Origin: Schizochytrium sp. TIO01
Lineage: Eukaryota > Protista > Bigyra: Labyrinthulomycetes
DNA: 64,000 nt
Direction: 5' to 3'
NCBI GenBank assembly: GCA_004764695.1
Contig: SMSO01000031.1
Coordinates: 2,084,436 to 2,148,435, forward strand
The notes under the pieces were generated by a model. It was not told the origin of the DNA. It searched no databases and saw only the letters and a program-made list of their open reading frames with translations. Of the stretch, positions 46,591 to 58,496 are shown piece after piece. Position 1 is the first letter of the stretch, and every line of letters begins with the position of its first letter. The position numbers and the translations under genes were made by a program.

Positions 46591-48456
46591 ATGGACGCTG
46601 CGCAGGCCGCTTTAGACGAGGCGAATCGTCTTCGGAGCTTGGGGCGCTTCGAGGAGGCTCTTCTGGAGTACGACCGCGCAGATAGTCTTCACAACAGGGT
46701 CCATCGTAACGCAGGCTACCTTGTGCAACGGGGCGCCACTCTAGTAGGCCTGGACCGCATCGAAGAAGGCCTCGCTTGTTTCAATAAAGCCTTGAAACGC
46801 GATCCCCAAAACGCGCCAGCATGGTTCAAGAAGGGCAGCGCTCATAAACGTCTTCGACAGTACCCAGATGCAGTCGAAGCCTTCAGAAAAGCGAGTTTTC
46901 ACGCGCCAGATCTCGACCAAGCACATGTAAATCTCGTGCGAACACTGCTCTTAGCCAAAGACTATGAATCTGCTATAGAAGCTGCTCAAGCAGCATACCC
47001 TCATCTACAGATTGCAAAAGCAAGGCTCACACTTGATAAACTTCAGGTCCTAGCATTCGCTAAGCTTCGGCATGAAGCAGATGCTGCCGACCCTGCTCGA
47101 CGTCTTGCGAAGGCATTTCATAAAGACGAACGTGTCCTCGATGCCGAAATGCGTATGCTAGTTTCAAGAGCACTTTTGCATGCAGCTACAACTGGAGATG
47201 CGGATTATGACCTTAATCTCGTTAAACTTGCTTGCACAGTCGAGGCCTCCTTCGAGAGTGTGCTTCGACTTGGTATCACAGCACTTGCAGCTAGAAATGA
47301 CACTGCTGCTCGCCATGCTCTGCTGCTTGCGTCAAGAATTGATGAAGATGATTGGAGGCCTTTTTATCATCTTGGTGTTATGGACTTCCAAGCCGGTCGT
47401 TTCCGCAAAGCAGCAGCACGCCTACAGTATGCTTTGGACCTTGCTTCAGCTCCGTCACCCCCGAACTCGCCAACGCGCCGTAGCTCACTCGAATCGTATA
47501 CTTCCCATGCCTCTTCTCGATTCGGAGAGGCTATCCGTAAAGAAGGTCGTGGTCGTATTATGAATCGCTTGCAGTTGGGCTTGGCAGCAGCACTCTTTAA
47601 CGGTGGAGCATCCATGGCAGCCAAATTAGCAATCATGTCGTCGGCACACAGCCAAGGAAGTCTGCGAAACCATGCTCGCGTATTGCTTGCTGCAATGGAG
47701 CTACGAGAGGGTGCACTTGTGAAGGCAATGCACTCGTTGAATGTGGCTCGAAAAGAGGTGGATGAAGCTGTTTTTGAGCACCGGCCTCGAACAGCATCGG
47801 CACAGTATAGTGCGCGATTTGTCAATTACGATTTAATGGAAAATGCCCCCCCCAATGATGGTGTTGTCACACGGGTTGTCAGGCTTCACTTATTGACTGC
47901 CAAGCTGGCTCGTGTGGCGCGAGAGAAGCTTGAAAGCAATAGTCTACGTACTACAAACGGCAACTTCACCAGTCAAGGAGATCTCTTTGGTTCCGGGGGT
48001 TCAGAGCCCAGGGGATGGGCCAACCCTTCACCATCAAAACTTTTAGAGCTTGAGCAGGTTTGTCTCCAAGATGTTCTACGACGAGATTCCAACAACAAGG
48101 AGGCTGTGGACTTGCTGAAGACCATTCAAGATGTAAAGCCAGAGACAGCTGCCTCTCCCCCACCTCCCAGTAGTACAGTGCCAAGCGGAAAGGAGTCTGC
48201 AGTGGCACCGACTACAAGATCAGGAACGAAGCCTCCACCTCTTGTTCGAACACAATCTTGTGGCCTGCCAGGGAAAACCTCACCGACTTCAGCAGCTGCA
48301 ATGACTTCAGCTGAGAAATTGCAATTTTATGCTGAGCAGGATGCGAAGCGCCAGGCCTTTTTGAACAAATTACAAGCACGCCGTCGCGCAGTAGAACACG
48401 ATATGGCTGACCATTCTTACCTAGATGACTCATCGGGCAACGAGTCTGATTTTTGA
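46591..48456 (+). CDS. TPR-repeat protein
   Basis: TPRs such as GRFEEALLEYDRA, EEGLACFNKALKRDPQNAPAWFKKG and WRPFYHLGVMDFQAGRFRKA; low-complexity C-terminus. First ATG at 46591. Confidence 0.85.
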   Translation: MDAAQAALDEANRLRSLGRFEEALLEYDRADSLHNRVHRNAGYLVQRGATLVGLDRIEEGLACFNKALKRDPQNAPAWFKKGSAHKRLRQYPDAVEAFRKASFHAPDLDQAHVNLVRTLLLAKDYESAIEAAQAAYPHLQIAKARLTLDKLQVLAFAKLRHEADAADPARRLAKAFHKDERVLDAEMRMLVSRALLHAATTGDADYDLNLVKLACTVEASFESVLRLGITALAARNDTAARHALLLASRIDEDDWRPFYHLGVMDFQAGRFRKAAARLQYALDLASAPSPPNSPTRRSSLESYTSHASSRFGEAIRKEGRGRIMNRLQLGLAAALFNGGASMAAKLAIMSSAHSQGSLRNHARVLLAAMELREGALVKAMHSLNVARKEVDEAVFEHRPRTASAQYSARFVNYDLMENAPPNDGVVTRVVRLHLLTAKLARVAREKLESNSLRTTNGNFTSQGDLFGSGGSEPRGWANPSPSKLLELEQVCLQDVLRRDSNNKEAVDLLKTIQDVKPETAASPPPPSSTVPSGKESAVAPTTRSGTKPPPLVRTQSCGLPGKTSPTSAAAMTSAEKLQFYAEQDAKRQAFLNKLQARRRAVEHDMADHSYLDDSSGNESDF

Positions 48457-48711
48457 CCTTTTAACGAGCTACGGCAGAGTTCTATTTTACCTATTTAGTT
48501 TTTCAAACGATCAAGTGAGACGAATTTTCTGTGGCCTCTTTTTGTATAGTTGCCACACTAACTTAGTGTAATCATTCAATTGTGTGTGTTTCAATTTTCT
48601 TCTTCACCTTGCTGTATTCTCTCTGCAAGAAATGCATTTTAGATAGGATAAGATTAGCGATATAAAAAATAAAACAAAATATAATGCGAAATAACAAAAT
48701 TAACATAAGCA

Positions 48712-51700
48712 CTATCCATAGAAAGAATCATCGTCCGCCTTGCCTCGAAGATTAAGATACTTGCCATTTCGGACATCTTGATAAGCCATAGAAATGGAAG
48801 GAGGTAAAGAATCATCATCATCATCAAAGCCCCCGCCATTTCCTCCATTTACATCGTCCGCCAGGACATCGTGCTCTTCAGAAAAGAGACGCCAACCGCA
48901 AACGCTACAAGTTGCACCGTAAAGAGAATTGTTAATTTGTTGGCAGTTGGGGTTCTTGCAGCGCACCTGGGTTCCAAAAAATGTTGATTCAGCATATATA
49001 GAAGAATCATCGTCAAGGAAGACCTCATCGTCCTCATCTTGACCCAAGTCTTCGTCGATACGAGTGTCCATTCCATATTCATCAGAAGGATCCTTTGTCG
49101 CATGGAAAGTGAAAGTACCTTCCATGATACGATTGAATCGACTATCATTTGTTCGTTCTGGTATCTTGACAAGTTTTTCCAAAGTATCACGCCATAAATC
49201 CAGATCATCAAACTTGTCAAAAGCCAAATTCAGGGTTCGTGATTCCTGAAGAGCATCGTGGTCCAATTTGCCACCGACAATGCGCAAGCGGTATCGACCG
49301 GGTTTTGTCCAGCCTAACATACTGAGGTGGCGCGAACTTGAATCGAAGTTTAGATTCTCCATCTCATATTGATCATGAGAGCACTCCACGCGAGGGCGAG
49401 GATTGAAATCTGGTGCATGGATACGGAAAATATCAAGTGCACTGTTCTTAGGGGCACCTCGCCTCTGCGCATAAATATTGACAGAACGCTTGCGCTGATC
49501 AAGGGCAACGTAACGACGCTTCCAAGATGTACGTTTTCCAATACCAAGAACACAGGCAATGCCAGAAATTCCCTGTTCAGGAAGTACTGCATCCGAGTTT
49601 CGCGCAGAACTTGCCAGCATACCTGATGAAGGAGTTTCTGACGTAGCAAAACTTTTGTTTCGTTGGCTTCTATCTGCAACGCTTGAGGCTTGCTCTTGGG
49701 TTGTATAAGATCGAGAAAGGTTCTCGTCACGCCTTTCCTCAATAGTTTGAGATTCTGCTAAGGCTCGTTTAAAATTTTCCTCATCAAATAATGTTCCGGC
49801 CATGGAGCGTTTTCTAACTCGATCAAAGCGAGACGTGGAGCGACCTCCATTAATCAAATGGTCCGCTCGTTGGTCTATCATAGACCACTTTGATCCACCT
49901 GTCGATGACGTAATTGGAGATGACTCAGAGAGCTTTGAGGCAGCCCGAGACATTCGATTTGAGACTGCTGAGGATGAAGATAACGACTTGGAGCTAGTTG
50001 TAGACTTATCTCCGGCGTGCCCATCCTCTTCGTCCTCATTTTCATTGTATCTTCCACAATCCTCTTGAAGTACCTTATTGTCTTCATTGATCTCTTCTAA
50101 GTTCTCTGGCCGTGTCGATCGTCTCAGAGAGAAGGACATTTTCCGCGGCAACTCAGATTTTTTAGATTTTTGTGATGCTTTACTTGTGTTGCTGGATGTA
50201 CTTGTATGCTTCTTTAAAATACCCAAGCTAGACACAGAGAGAACTCTGTGGCCAGTGGAAGTTCCGTTCTCCGCCTCTTGAGAGTCTTCCTCTGAATCTG
50301 GCTGATAACTCTCTTCTGCAGAAAAAAATTCGTCGGCTTCAGCAGCAGCGGCAGCTTCAAGTTGTGCTTCGCGCTCTATTTGTTCGAGCTCTGAAATCAT
50401 TTCTAGAACACGCGCGCGACTTTTTGCACCTCGATAGAACTTTTGTCCCATGATTGCGCCCTGACGTAAACGTTGGTAGCGCCGGCGCTGCACAAAGCCT
50501 CTTAAATTTCGCTGCATCATTATCACAGCACTCTCCTTTTCTTCCCAACGAAGCATTCGTACTTTGAAGGTCGAGTAAAACGAAACAGCAGCAAGAAGAA
50601 TATGCCAGCGCTGCATAATAATGTTATGGCGCACCTCGGTCATCCAAGAAAGATATGATTCGTCATGGTAGAGACCATGTTCTGCCCAATCTTCAACGCG
50701 ACGTACGGCCTCCTCCAGTTGACCTACTTGATCATTTTGAAAAAATACTAGCGTGCGCCCCTGGCGAAATGATGTTGATGGTATTCCAAAGGAGCGCAAT
50801 AGGATCGGTACAATGCGCTGGGGTTTACCAAGGGCGTGCAAAGAGCAAACATCACCGAGCTCGCCTTGGATAGCTGGCTCAAACATGGCCATTAGCTCTT
50901 CATATGAAAGTCTCATGGGCATTCCATCGCGAAGCGTAAGTGCAGCAGGTGTAATACCAAGGCTACGAAGCTGCGCGACCACGTAACGTCTGTCGAACCA
51001 TTCAAAGGGCGCAGATGAACCATCAACAAACGCGTCATCATCGGCTTCCGCAGGACCGGCAATGGAAGATTTTTTCCTGGTCATACCAAGTCGTAGACCT
51101 GTAGAAGAGCGACGGCGGACTTCTGAGACCCCATCACGTCGCATAATTGGATTTGGTTTGATGCAGCGTACATATGAGCAGCTTGTTGCCTCCAGGGCTG
51201 CAATAAGTTCGTCCATCTGCAGTGCAAATTTCCTAGATACAGAAACGTGTTTACTTCTTCCATTGCCACCGTGCTTGAGATCAGCAGATCGTTTTGTTCG
51301 AATCGCGTCAACCAGGATTGAGTTATCTACACGCTGGAGAACGCGAAGGGAATCTTCAGGTAGGGAGTCGTCATTTTTTTCAAGAAAGTTCCCTACGGTG
51401 TAAGTGACATGTCCAGTCGTGTGGGCAATGATAAACTGTTCGGAGCGCTTACTTGGGTGAGGCATACGTAAAGCCCGAGAGGCTCCGAGTTGTTGCTGAA
51501 TACGCCTATTGAGACCTAAGTCGCTTCCATTGAGGCGGTGAGCTTCCTCGTCAATTAGTTCAAGAATTTCCTCCACTGCTTCAGCTGGAGTGATCGTATC
51601 AAGACCAGCAGAGCCACCGGCTCCGCCTGCTTGTCGCTTCAAAGAATTGGAGACAAATGTAGACCTGATTCCTTGCGAGAGACCCTCCCGAAGATAAAGT

Positions 51701-53451
51701 TCTGCTTCAGATTGCAGCACGTGTGTATTAAATGATGCTTGCATACGTTCATTGGCAAAGTTTATCAATAGTTGTTCAAGGTCATTTCGCTCGAAAGATT
51801 CGAAACCAAATATATCGAGCACGCCAAAGAATGGTGAGACGCTGCGTGCAATACCTTCATTGCTATCCTTGTCCTGGATGCTGTCATTAATGCGATTGCA
51901 TATCCAGTCGAAAAGCCGAACGTACACATCTTTGGCTAGACCATCTCGCCCTTTGCGGGCCTGTTCAATTGTGAGAGGTACCTTCGTAGTTTCCCGCCCC
52001 ACGCTGATTGTCCGCTCACAAAGCAGATTAATAGCCTGTTGAGGGTCGTTAAAGCCCCAGAGTCGCAAAAATGCGTCAAATGAAGGGTGCGAGGTGTCTA
52101 ACTTTGCTCTTTCGCCCTGATACCCTGTCGAGTCAGCATAAAACTCAAGATTTCCAAGGTGCAGGATACCAGCTAAAATATCAAAGATAAAGGACTGCTC
52201 GTCGTCGAAAATACTCATATTTGCAAACGCGTCCTTGACTTCAACGAGAATCTCAGCATCGAAAGGTCGCACAACACCTGGAGAAAGATAGGAAAACTCG
52301 TTGCTCTCAGAGAAGCTCAGGCGTTCGATTTCATCTGAGGTCGCACCAGCCACAAGCGCATACATAATGTGAAAGGTCCTTTCACCTTGCTCGTGGCTTG
52401 TGACACGAGAGCGTTCAAGTAAATACGTTTCTAGAGTAGCGCCATTAACAAAACAGTTTTGATCAAAATGAAGTTTGAAGAATTTTCCAAAGCGAGAGGA
52501 ATGATCGTTGCGCAAGGTTGATGCATTTCCGAAGGCTTCGAGGATTGGTCCTGTATGCAGAAGGCGCTCATCAAGAGGGACTGTATCGGCATGTGCCAGA
52601 GATTTATTTGTGGAGGCTTCACTCTTAATTGGCGAGAAGCAGCGGTGAATAACATGCTCGAAAACCATTTTGGCAGTAACTGTCTTTCCAGCACCACTTT
52701 CGCCACTAATAATAACAGATTGTGATTGTGGCAAACCCTGTCGCTGGCGGAATTCAAGCTGCTGCACCATCCGCTCTGCAAGAACGTAAGGGTGAGGAAC
52801 TTGTGGCATATGTGAAGATCCAGCGCTAACGCGCTCAGGGTTAGGGATAAACTTGAGTGGATTGATGGCGACCAGGACAGGCCCCAAGAACGTATAAGGT
52901 ATGTCTAAGCTAGCGCGTTTCTGCAAAACTGCGAGAATCGTCGCTTCATTAATGTAAGTCAGTCTGGTGAGATCTTCGACTTGTTTTGGATCTTCCGGGC
53001 AGCTGGCAAAGATCTGCTTACGGGGCACTGTTTTCACATCGCCGGTCTCGAGGAGCTTGACTTCATACTTGCCCTGAGTCATGTTGACAATCTCTGCAAG
53101 GTCATAGACTCTTGTGGGCGACTTGGAGACCCAAACAACCGGTGGTCGGGTGTTATTGCCTTGCTGACTTCCTCTACCTCCACTCGTTCCAGCTCGGCCC
53201 AGTGTCAAGCTCGACCAGAATGCCCTTCTCCTTGAACTCGTCGGGCTGCTCCTTTCCAAAGTAGCACTCCCGTCTGAGTAGTCTCTTCGATGCTGTCTGT
53301 GAGGGGACTGTGTCCTCCCGGATTTGGAGCTCATAGTCCCTCGACTTCGTCGCCTCAGGGACTTCCTGTTCTGCTCAGAGCTTTTCCCACCCGGGTAGTA
53401 CATGAAAGTGTTTTGATTGTTGTTATTTCCATTCGCAGTCTTGCTGCTCAT
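48712..53451 (-). CDS. Unconventional myosin, 1579 aa: N-terminal extension, motor, 2 IQ, disordered tail, PH-like domain, C-terminal C4 zinc finger
   Basis: P-loop GESGAGKT, LEAFGNA, SSRFGK, YLLERSRV, DIFGFE, YVRCIKPN; IQ MQRNLRGFVQRRRY; PH-like SWKRRYVAL...DLWRDTL; CKNPNC...CSVC. Confidence 0.93.
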   Translation of the reverse strand: MSSKTANGNNNNQNTFMYYPGGKSSEQNRKSLRRRSRGTMSSKSGRTQSPHRQHRRDYSDGSATLERSSPTSSRRRAFWSSLTLGRAGTSGGRGSQQGNNTRPPVVWVSKSPTRVYDLAEIVNMTQGKYEVKLLETGDVKTVPRKQIFASCPEDPKQVEDLTRLTYINEATILAVLQKRASLDIPYTFLGPVLVAINPLKFIPNPERVSAGSSHMPQVPHPYVLAERMVQQLEFRQRQGLPQSQSVIISGESGAGKTVTAKMVFEHVIHRCFSPIKSEASTNKSLAHADTVPLDERLLHTGPILEAFGNASTLRNDHSSRFGKFFKLHFDQNCFVNGATLETYLLERSRVTSHEQGERTFHIMYALVAGATSDEIERLSFSESNEFSYLSPGVVRPFDAEILVEVKDAFANMSIFDDEQSFIFDILAGILHLGNLEFYADSTGYQGERAKLDTSHPSFDAFLRLWGFNDPQQAINLLCERTISVGRETTKVPLTIEQARKGRDGLAKDVYVRLFDWICNRINDSIQDKDSNEGIARSVSPFFGVLDIFGFESFERNDLEQLLINFANERMQASFNTHVLQSEAELYLREGLSQGIRSTFVSNSLKRQAGGAGGSAGLDTITPAEAVEEILELIDEEAHRLNGSDLGLNRRIQQQLGASRALRMPHPSKRSEQFIIAHTTGHVTYTVGNFLEKNDDSLPEDSLRVLQRVDNSILVDAIRTKRSADLKHGGNGRSKHVSVSRKFALQMDELIAALEATSCSYVRCIKPNPIMRRDGVSEVRRRSSTGLRLGMTRKKSSIAGPAEADDDAFVDGSSAPFEWFDRRYVVAQLRSLGITPAALTLRDGMPMRLSYEELMAMFEPAIQGELGDVCSLHALGKPQRIVPILLRSFGIPSTSFRQGRTLVFFQNDQVGQLEEAVRRVEDWAEHGLYHDESYLSWMTEVRHNIIMQRWHILLAAVSFYSTFKVRMLRWEEKESAVIMMQRNLRGFVQRRRYQRLRQGAIMGQKFYRGAKSRARVLEMISELEQIEREAQLEAAAAAEADEFFSAEESYQPDSEEDSQEAENGTSTGHRVLSVSSLGILKKHTSTSSNTSKASQKSKKSELPRKMSFSLRRSTRPENLEEINEDNKVLQEDCGRYNENEDEEDGHAGDKSTTSSKSLSSSSAVSNRMSRAASKLSESSPITSSTGGSKWSMIDQRADHLINGGRSTSRFDRVRKRSMAGTLFDEENFKRALAESQTIEERRDENLSRSYTTQEQASSVADRSQRNKSFATSETPSSGMLASSARNSDAVLPEQGISGIACVLGIGKRTSWKRRYVALDQRKRSVNIYAQRRGAPKNSALDIFRIHAPDFNPRPRVECSHDQYEMENLNFDSSSRHLSMLGWTKPGRYRLRIVGGKLDHDALQESRTLNLAFDKFDDLDLWRDTLEKLVKIPERTNDSRFNRIMEGTFTFHATKDPSDEYGMDTRIDEDLGQDEDDEVFLDDDSSIYAESTFFGTQVRCKNPNCQQINNSLYGATCSVCGWRLFSEEHDVLADDVNGGNGGGFDDDDDSLPPSISMAYQDVRNGKYLNLRGKADDDSFYG

Positions 53452-56400
53452 GAGGCTGAATGATTAATCTAACTATTCGCGCCCCAGAAACAATGCCTCT
53501 TGCCCAGCACTGCCACGATCTCCAAGACTTATCAGCCGGGTCGACGCCACCTAGCTTTACAAGAGGCTTCCACAGCCCTGTTCGCTTGCAAGACGGATCT
53601 TGAGCACCCGCTGCGGCTGCTTTTGCTGCTTCCTTGCAACTAGCTTGTTTACCTGGCCTTTCCGACTCCCAATTCGGACTTGCCGAAGCCAATTCCACTT
53701 ACGCTGAGCAACTGGTGTCTCTCCAGTGCCTCTAAGCCAAGCGCTAGCGATGAATGTATACCAATGGGTATATTATCAATCTCTGCGCTCACGCGCTCCA
53801 GCTCGCCTGTCTTACGCACGTCGAGCAAGTTTAAAAAGAATTATTATCTCCTTGTTATTTTAATTATTCTTAATTAAAAATTGATGAATTAATGAATTAA
53901 GTGTACCCATGTTTGTGTTTTTATTATATTTTTAACTTTCTCATGACTAAGCTCAGCTATTGGGTACCTCTACGATTGCCCTTTGTTTACTATCGCCTCC
54001 ATTTTCTTTTTAGTTGAGAAAGAGTGAGGAGGTATAAACGAAGAACCCATTAGTACAACTAAATGATTTCAAAGGAAGAAAATGAAAAAAATACCAACAC
54101 GAAATCGACAAGCGAGGCGAGATGAGACCAAGCGATGATCTGAAGACAGAAGGCCGAGCGATATCTAAAGACTTGCAGGTCCTCAGACATGCAGACAGAC
54201 CGAAACGAGGACGATAGCAGGACGAGGCAGCGACCGTCCATGTTTCCCAACGATGAGCGAGTGATTGGAGTTGAAAGAATGAAAGAGAATCGTCACACTT
54301 ATTAGACAGCACGTGCACGCGTAAATAGTCTTACACTGCCTTAGTTGGATTTCCTTTTGAAAGAATATAAGTTTCGACTTTAGGAAGCAAACAAAGCAGC
54401 TTTCTTGACTTCTAAATCAGTCAGAGTCCTAAAGTTCATCGTTGGCGGCGCCAATCATGCTCTTCGAAGATACCAGTGATTAAAACGCATGATCGGTGCG
54501 CAAGTATCTCTGGTTTCATACTTTCTTTCGTAGCATATTTTCCGTTTAATGCTGCTTTTTGTCTTCTGATTTGCTCCATCATAACACTGGCAAAAGTAGG
54601 TGGCGCCAGGAGCACAGGTAAGCCAAGAACAGTGTTTCGTAGATACCTATTATTCGTCATTGCTATCTCTTCTTTTGCTTCTTTCCTCTTCCTTTTCTGA
54701 AACAATTCAAGTCTTTGTTTGTCTTTGTTCTGTTCTGCTCTGTTTTATATATTCTTCATAAAGCCTCAGGCTGTTCTTTTACTCTCGAGACTTGAAATAG
54801 TCTGGGCGAAATGGATATAGTCTGGTGATTCGCTGCCTAATTCTCTCGCTTCGGTCTCTTGCATGCCACAAGCATTGCAGCCTCTTGGCGCGTTGGTCTC
54901 CTTGCTTGACGATGCTCGAGAGAGCATATTTTCTGAGCAGCGCTTACACCGGCACTGGATTGTTTCTCGACTGGATTTAATAAATTATAATGAAAACAAG
55001 CAGTAACATGGTGAAAGTGAAGTAAATGAACTAAACCTCTTTGCCAACTTGGGAAACCATACCTCAGTTTAACATGTTTTATTTGTTAGTCATTCGGTCC
55101 TTGGAAGTTCATAAACTCCACACGTACTTACTACTATAATTGTACTAATACTCTTGGTCTTTCTTCAGAAATGCAGAAACTCCTCAAGTTTTTTTGTTTT
55201 TGTTTTTTTAATTTCTTGAAAGTTATTATTATTTTATTCAGTATTTAGTTTTTTGTGCTTTTTTCTTTTTTCTTTTTTTTTTCTTTGTAAGTCGCTCGTC
55301 CTCGTCGGGCTACTTCGTTCGCCCTGAAAGCTCCAGAGACTGACGTCGAACTTGCGGCAAAATGCGCAGCGTCCTGCAGACAATGTGGTTGATACATATA
55401 GCTTGACGTTGAAGCGTCCGCGCTCGTCTTTGGATAATTTACTTTGATCACCGCAGAAGAAAAATTGTGCATCGTCAGTGCAGATTTTAGCCGGGACATA
55501 TCCGCAGGTGGCCACGGGACAGCCAAAATCTGAGAAAGAAACCATGAAACCCGAGCTTCATTTAAAGGGGAAAACATTACAAGTACGGTCAGATAACCAG
55601 GCTGAAGAATTCAATTCGCTTGACGCCCAATTATGGGTAGCTTAAACCCTTTGCCGGCAAGTTCTGTGCGCCCCAAGCCCTAAAGTGGTACATGCAATAT
55701 CAATTCTAAAATAGAACTCACTATGACATCCTGGATTACTCTGCTTAAACGTGCACACAGCTTTGCACCACAAATCTCAAATGTTAGTGTTTTGCACCAT
55801 GTTGCAGTGCGTGATCTTTCATCAAACCAGGTGGAAGATGGTCCTAGAGCGCCCGAAAGTCACCTTTTTCTAAAGTCGCTTGAAAACTGCCTGGAATTTT
55901 AGGAGGTATCTAGGTAAGTCTTTCTCATGAAAGTGAACGCGCCGCCTTGGATCAAAGAAATTGAAATCGACACGTGCGTAGGCACAAAGGTGTGCGATAA
56001 CACGAACCGAGGAGCCCTAGTGGCGGGGAAGCCGTCATTAGCATAGGTTATCTATAGTTGTCAACGAACTTCGACGTTAAAAATTGAGGAGGACATGGCA
56101 CAACTCTATATATTCTGATGTTTAATAGCTCCATGAGAGACTCTCAGGCAGCTTTGAAACGCTCTACAAGAGTTCACTGTTGGAGAAACATAGCAAAGAG
56201 TGCTAAAAACTATGAAAATTTTGGATTGCCCGTTTTAACTGTTGTTTCTTGGAATCCAAAGACTCTCAACATCTCAACAACCAGAGGGGAATGTATTCTT
56301 CGAGGAGGTTCTAACGCCTTCAGGATCTACTGCACCATCTAGGATAGTTTGAAATTACATAAAGGTTTGTCTACAGCCCGTTTATCTTCCTAGCACGTGA

Positions 56401-56976
56401 ACGACGCGCAGGAAAGAACATCACCCTCAAGAGTGCGAAGCAGGATTACTAGAGCCTGCGTAGTAACTCTCATGGTGGTTTAAAGCATTAACATTCCTGG
56501 CCATTATCGCGACTCAGACTTCCCTCCAATTACCAGAAAAGCTAAGAAAACAGATGGGTGTGCGTGTGTGCTTTCATGAATGCTTGTCAGGAAGTTCTTC
56601 GCTTCGCATTTACTTTGCTCTGGAAGTTGCCTCACTCGGGCTGTCGATCACAGCGTCGGGAGGGCTTTGTGATGCTTCTTCTGTATTGCTCTCGATGGTC
56701 CAGATGGCAAGCAGGGTCATAATGCTGTTGTCTGTTCACTCGCGCAATTACTCGGAACCTCTCTGTAGCATGTGGACGGTCTCAAGCAAGTAAAAGGGTC
56801 AATAGTAGCAGCTGGCAAGTGGGAAACTCAAGCAAGAAAATCATAGATTGGAGTGAGAGTACCGTTCTGCTCTCCCTACCGCCGTCTTGATCATAATATG
56901 CTTTGGAAATGATATATATATTTAAATTAACTGCGTACAGGAAATAATGAAATCAACACAAAATTTCGAAGAGACA

Positions 56977-57801
56977 TGAGCTTGAACGAAGGGGAAACCT
57001 TTGAGCAAGGAAGAGAGGACGCACGGGTGCAGAACGCGGTACAACTGGTTGGAGGCAATCTCTTTTGGTCAGGTTCATCCAGGGATATAGAGTAGCCCTT
57101 GGCGGCTCTGGCTCAAATGTTGGCGAAGATGTTTCAATAACACATACATCAACATCTCAGAGATGCGGGGATGACATCGGTCCGTACAGTAGCGCGAATC
57201 GCATTCCAGACCCAAAAATAATTATTGAAATGCGTAATGCCGCTATTGGCCAGATTTCTAAATTTAAGGAATCAATACAGCAGATAAAATGTCATTTTAG
57301 AGACAAACAATCGCTTTTTTTAAAAAAATGTTTAAACAAGAATCGTGAGCATGATCAAGAGCAGTACAGACGTAACTTGAGCATCCTAGCCCTCACTCAG
57401 GAATTCAAGTTCTGCAGCAGAAGATCAATTCTTATAAACGTACGAAAGATTCCTTGAAAATGGAGACACGAAATTGTGAGTTCATGTACAAACGTTAAGT
57501 GGAGAACCCAGATCTGTATGAGAAGGGTAAGCTTAATGGAGACGAAGCATCTACGTTGTCTGCACTCGCAGCCTTTGATAAATGGATTCTCTGCTCGAAA
57601 AATGAGGACACGGATTTCCTAATCTTTGCGACCAAAGTATTTGGAAACTTTATTCCAGAAATGAAAGATTATAAGAAGATTTGGTTGTCGCGTACCGTAT
57701 ATCCGCTAATGTTCGCCTTCTCAGCAGCCTGCAAAATGCATTGGTTCGTCGCATGTGAAGCAATCAAGAAAAGGCCTGATCGTCTTGATAAACTTACCTA
57801 A
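56977..57801 (+). pseudogene. Possible decayed gene of unknown family
   Basis: Consecutive same-strand protein-like ORF pieces of 130 and 100 aa, broken by stops and frameshifts (MYKR*VENPDL reads in one frame). No recognisable motif. Confidence 0.25.
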
Positions 57802-58496
57802 ATAAAAATAAATTTAGTGAGCATTTCAATTCTGTAAAACTAGCAGCCCAAAATTTGCAACCTGCGCCTCACATCTTCATACTGGCATAATTACGGTTAG
57901 GCATATCGATATACTGTCAGCAATCGAGGTGCGTTAAGACGCCAATTGTACACGACAAGATACTCAGCTTAAGCAAAGGTGGGCTGACATGAGAGGAGAA
58001 GTCTCGCCCGGGTTGCGTCGTTTCAAATCAATGATAATTGGGTATAAGACATTCTTTTAAGGTTCGCATACCATAGAACCTAGTTTGAAATGAGAGCGAT
58101 CGTTTTAAATCATTGGTAAGCGAAGCTTTTTCGGCATTTCATGCGGATTCCTTACATTCGACTAAATATTGACCTACACGAGTTTGATTCCTATCCTTTC
58201 AATATTTTTGTGTTAAGGTGAACCAATTTCACTAGGTCAAGGTTATTGATAACAAGCCCTGAAAACAAGTTATTTGATTCGCCAGACTATAATACTGTTG
58301 TTAAACAACGTTTGCTTCTGTTTGTTTTTTAATCTTCATCAAAACAAGTACAATTTCATCTGTCCTTCCAACAAATAAGAAACAACTCAAACAAAAAAGT
58401 TATATAGATATAAAAACAGCTAAATAATTCAGGCGCATGAAAGTTGAGAGAGTTTGACAGGGTAGGATAGTACAGAAGCAGGATACGACGGGGAAG

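Noticed and set aside
54436-55577. Minus-strand ORFs of 89-110 aa
   Set aside because: No recognisable motif; partly non-ATG starts and poly-A-derived Lys runs; cannot be supported as genes.
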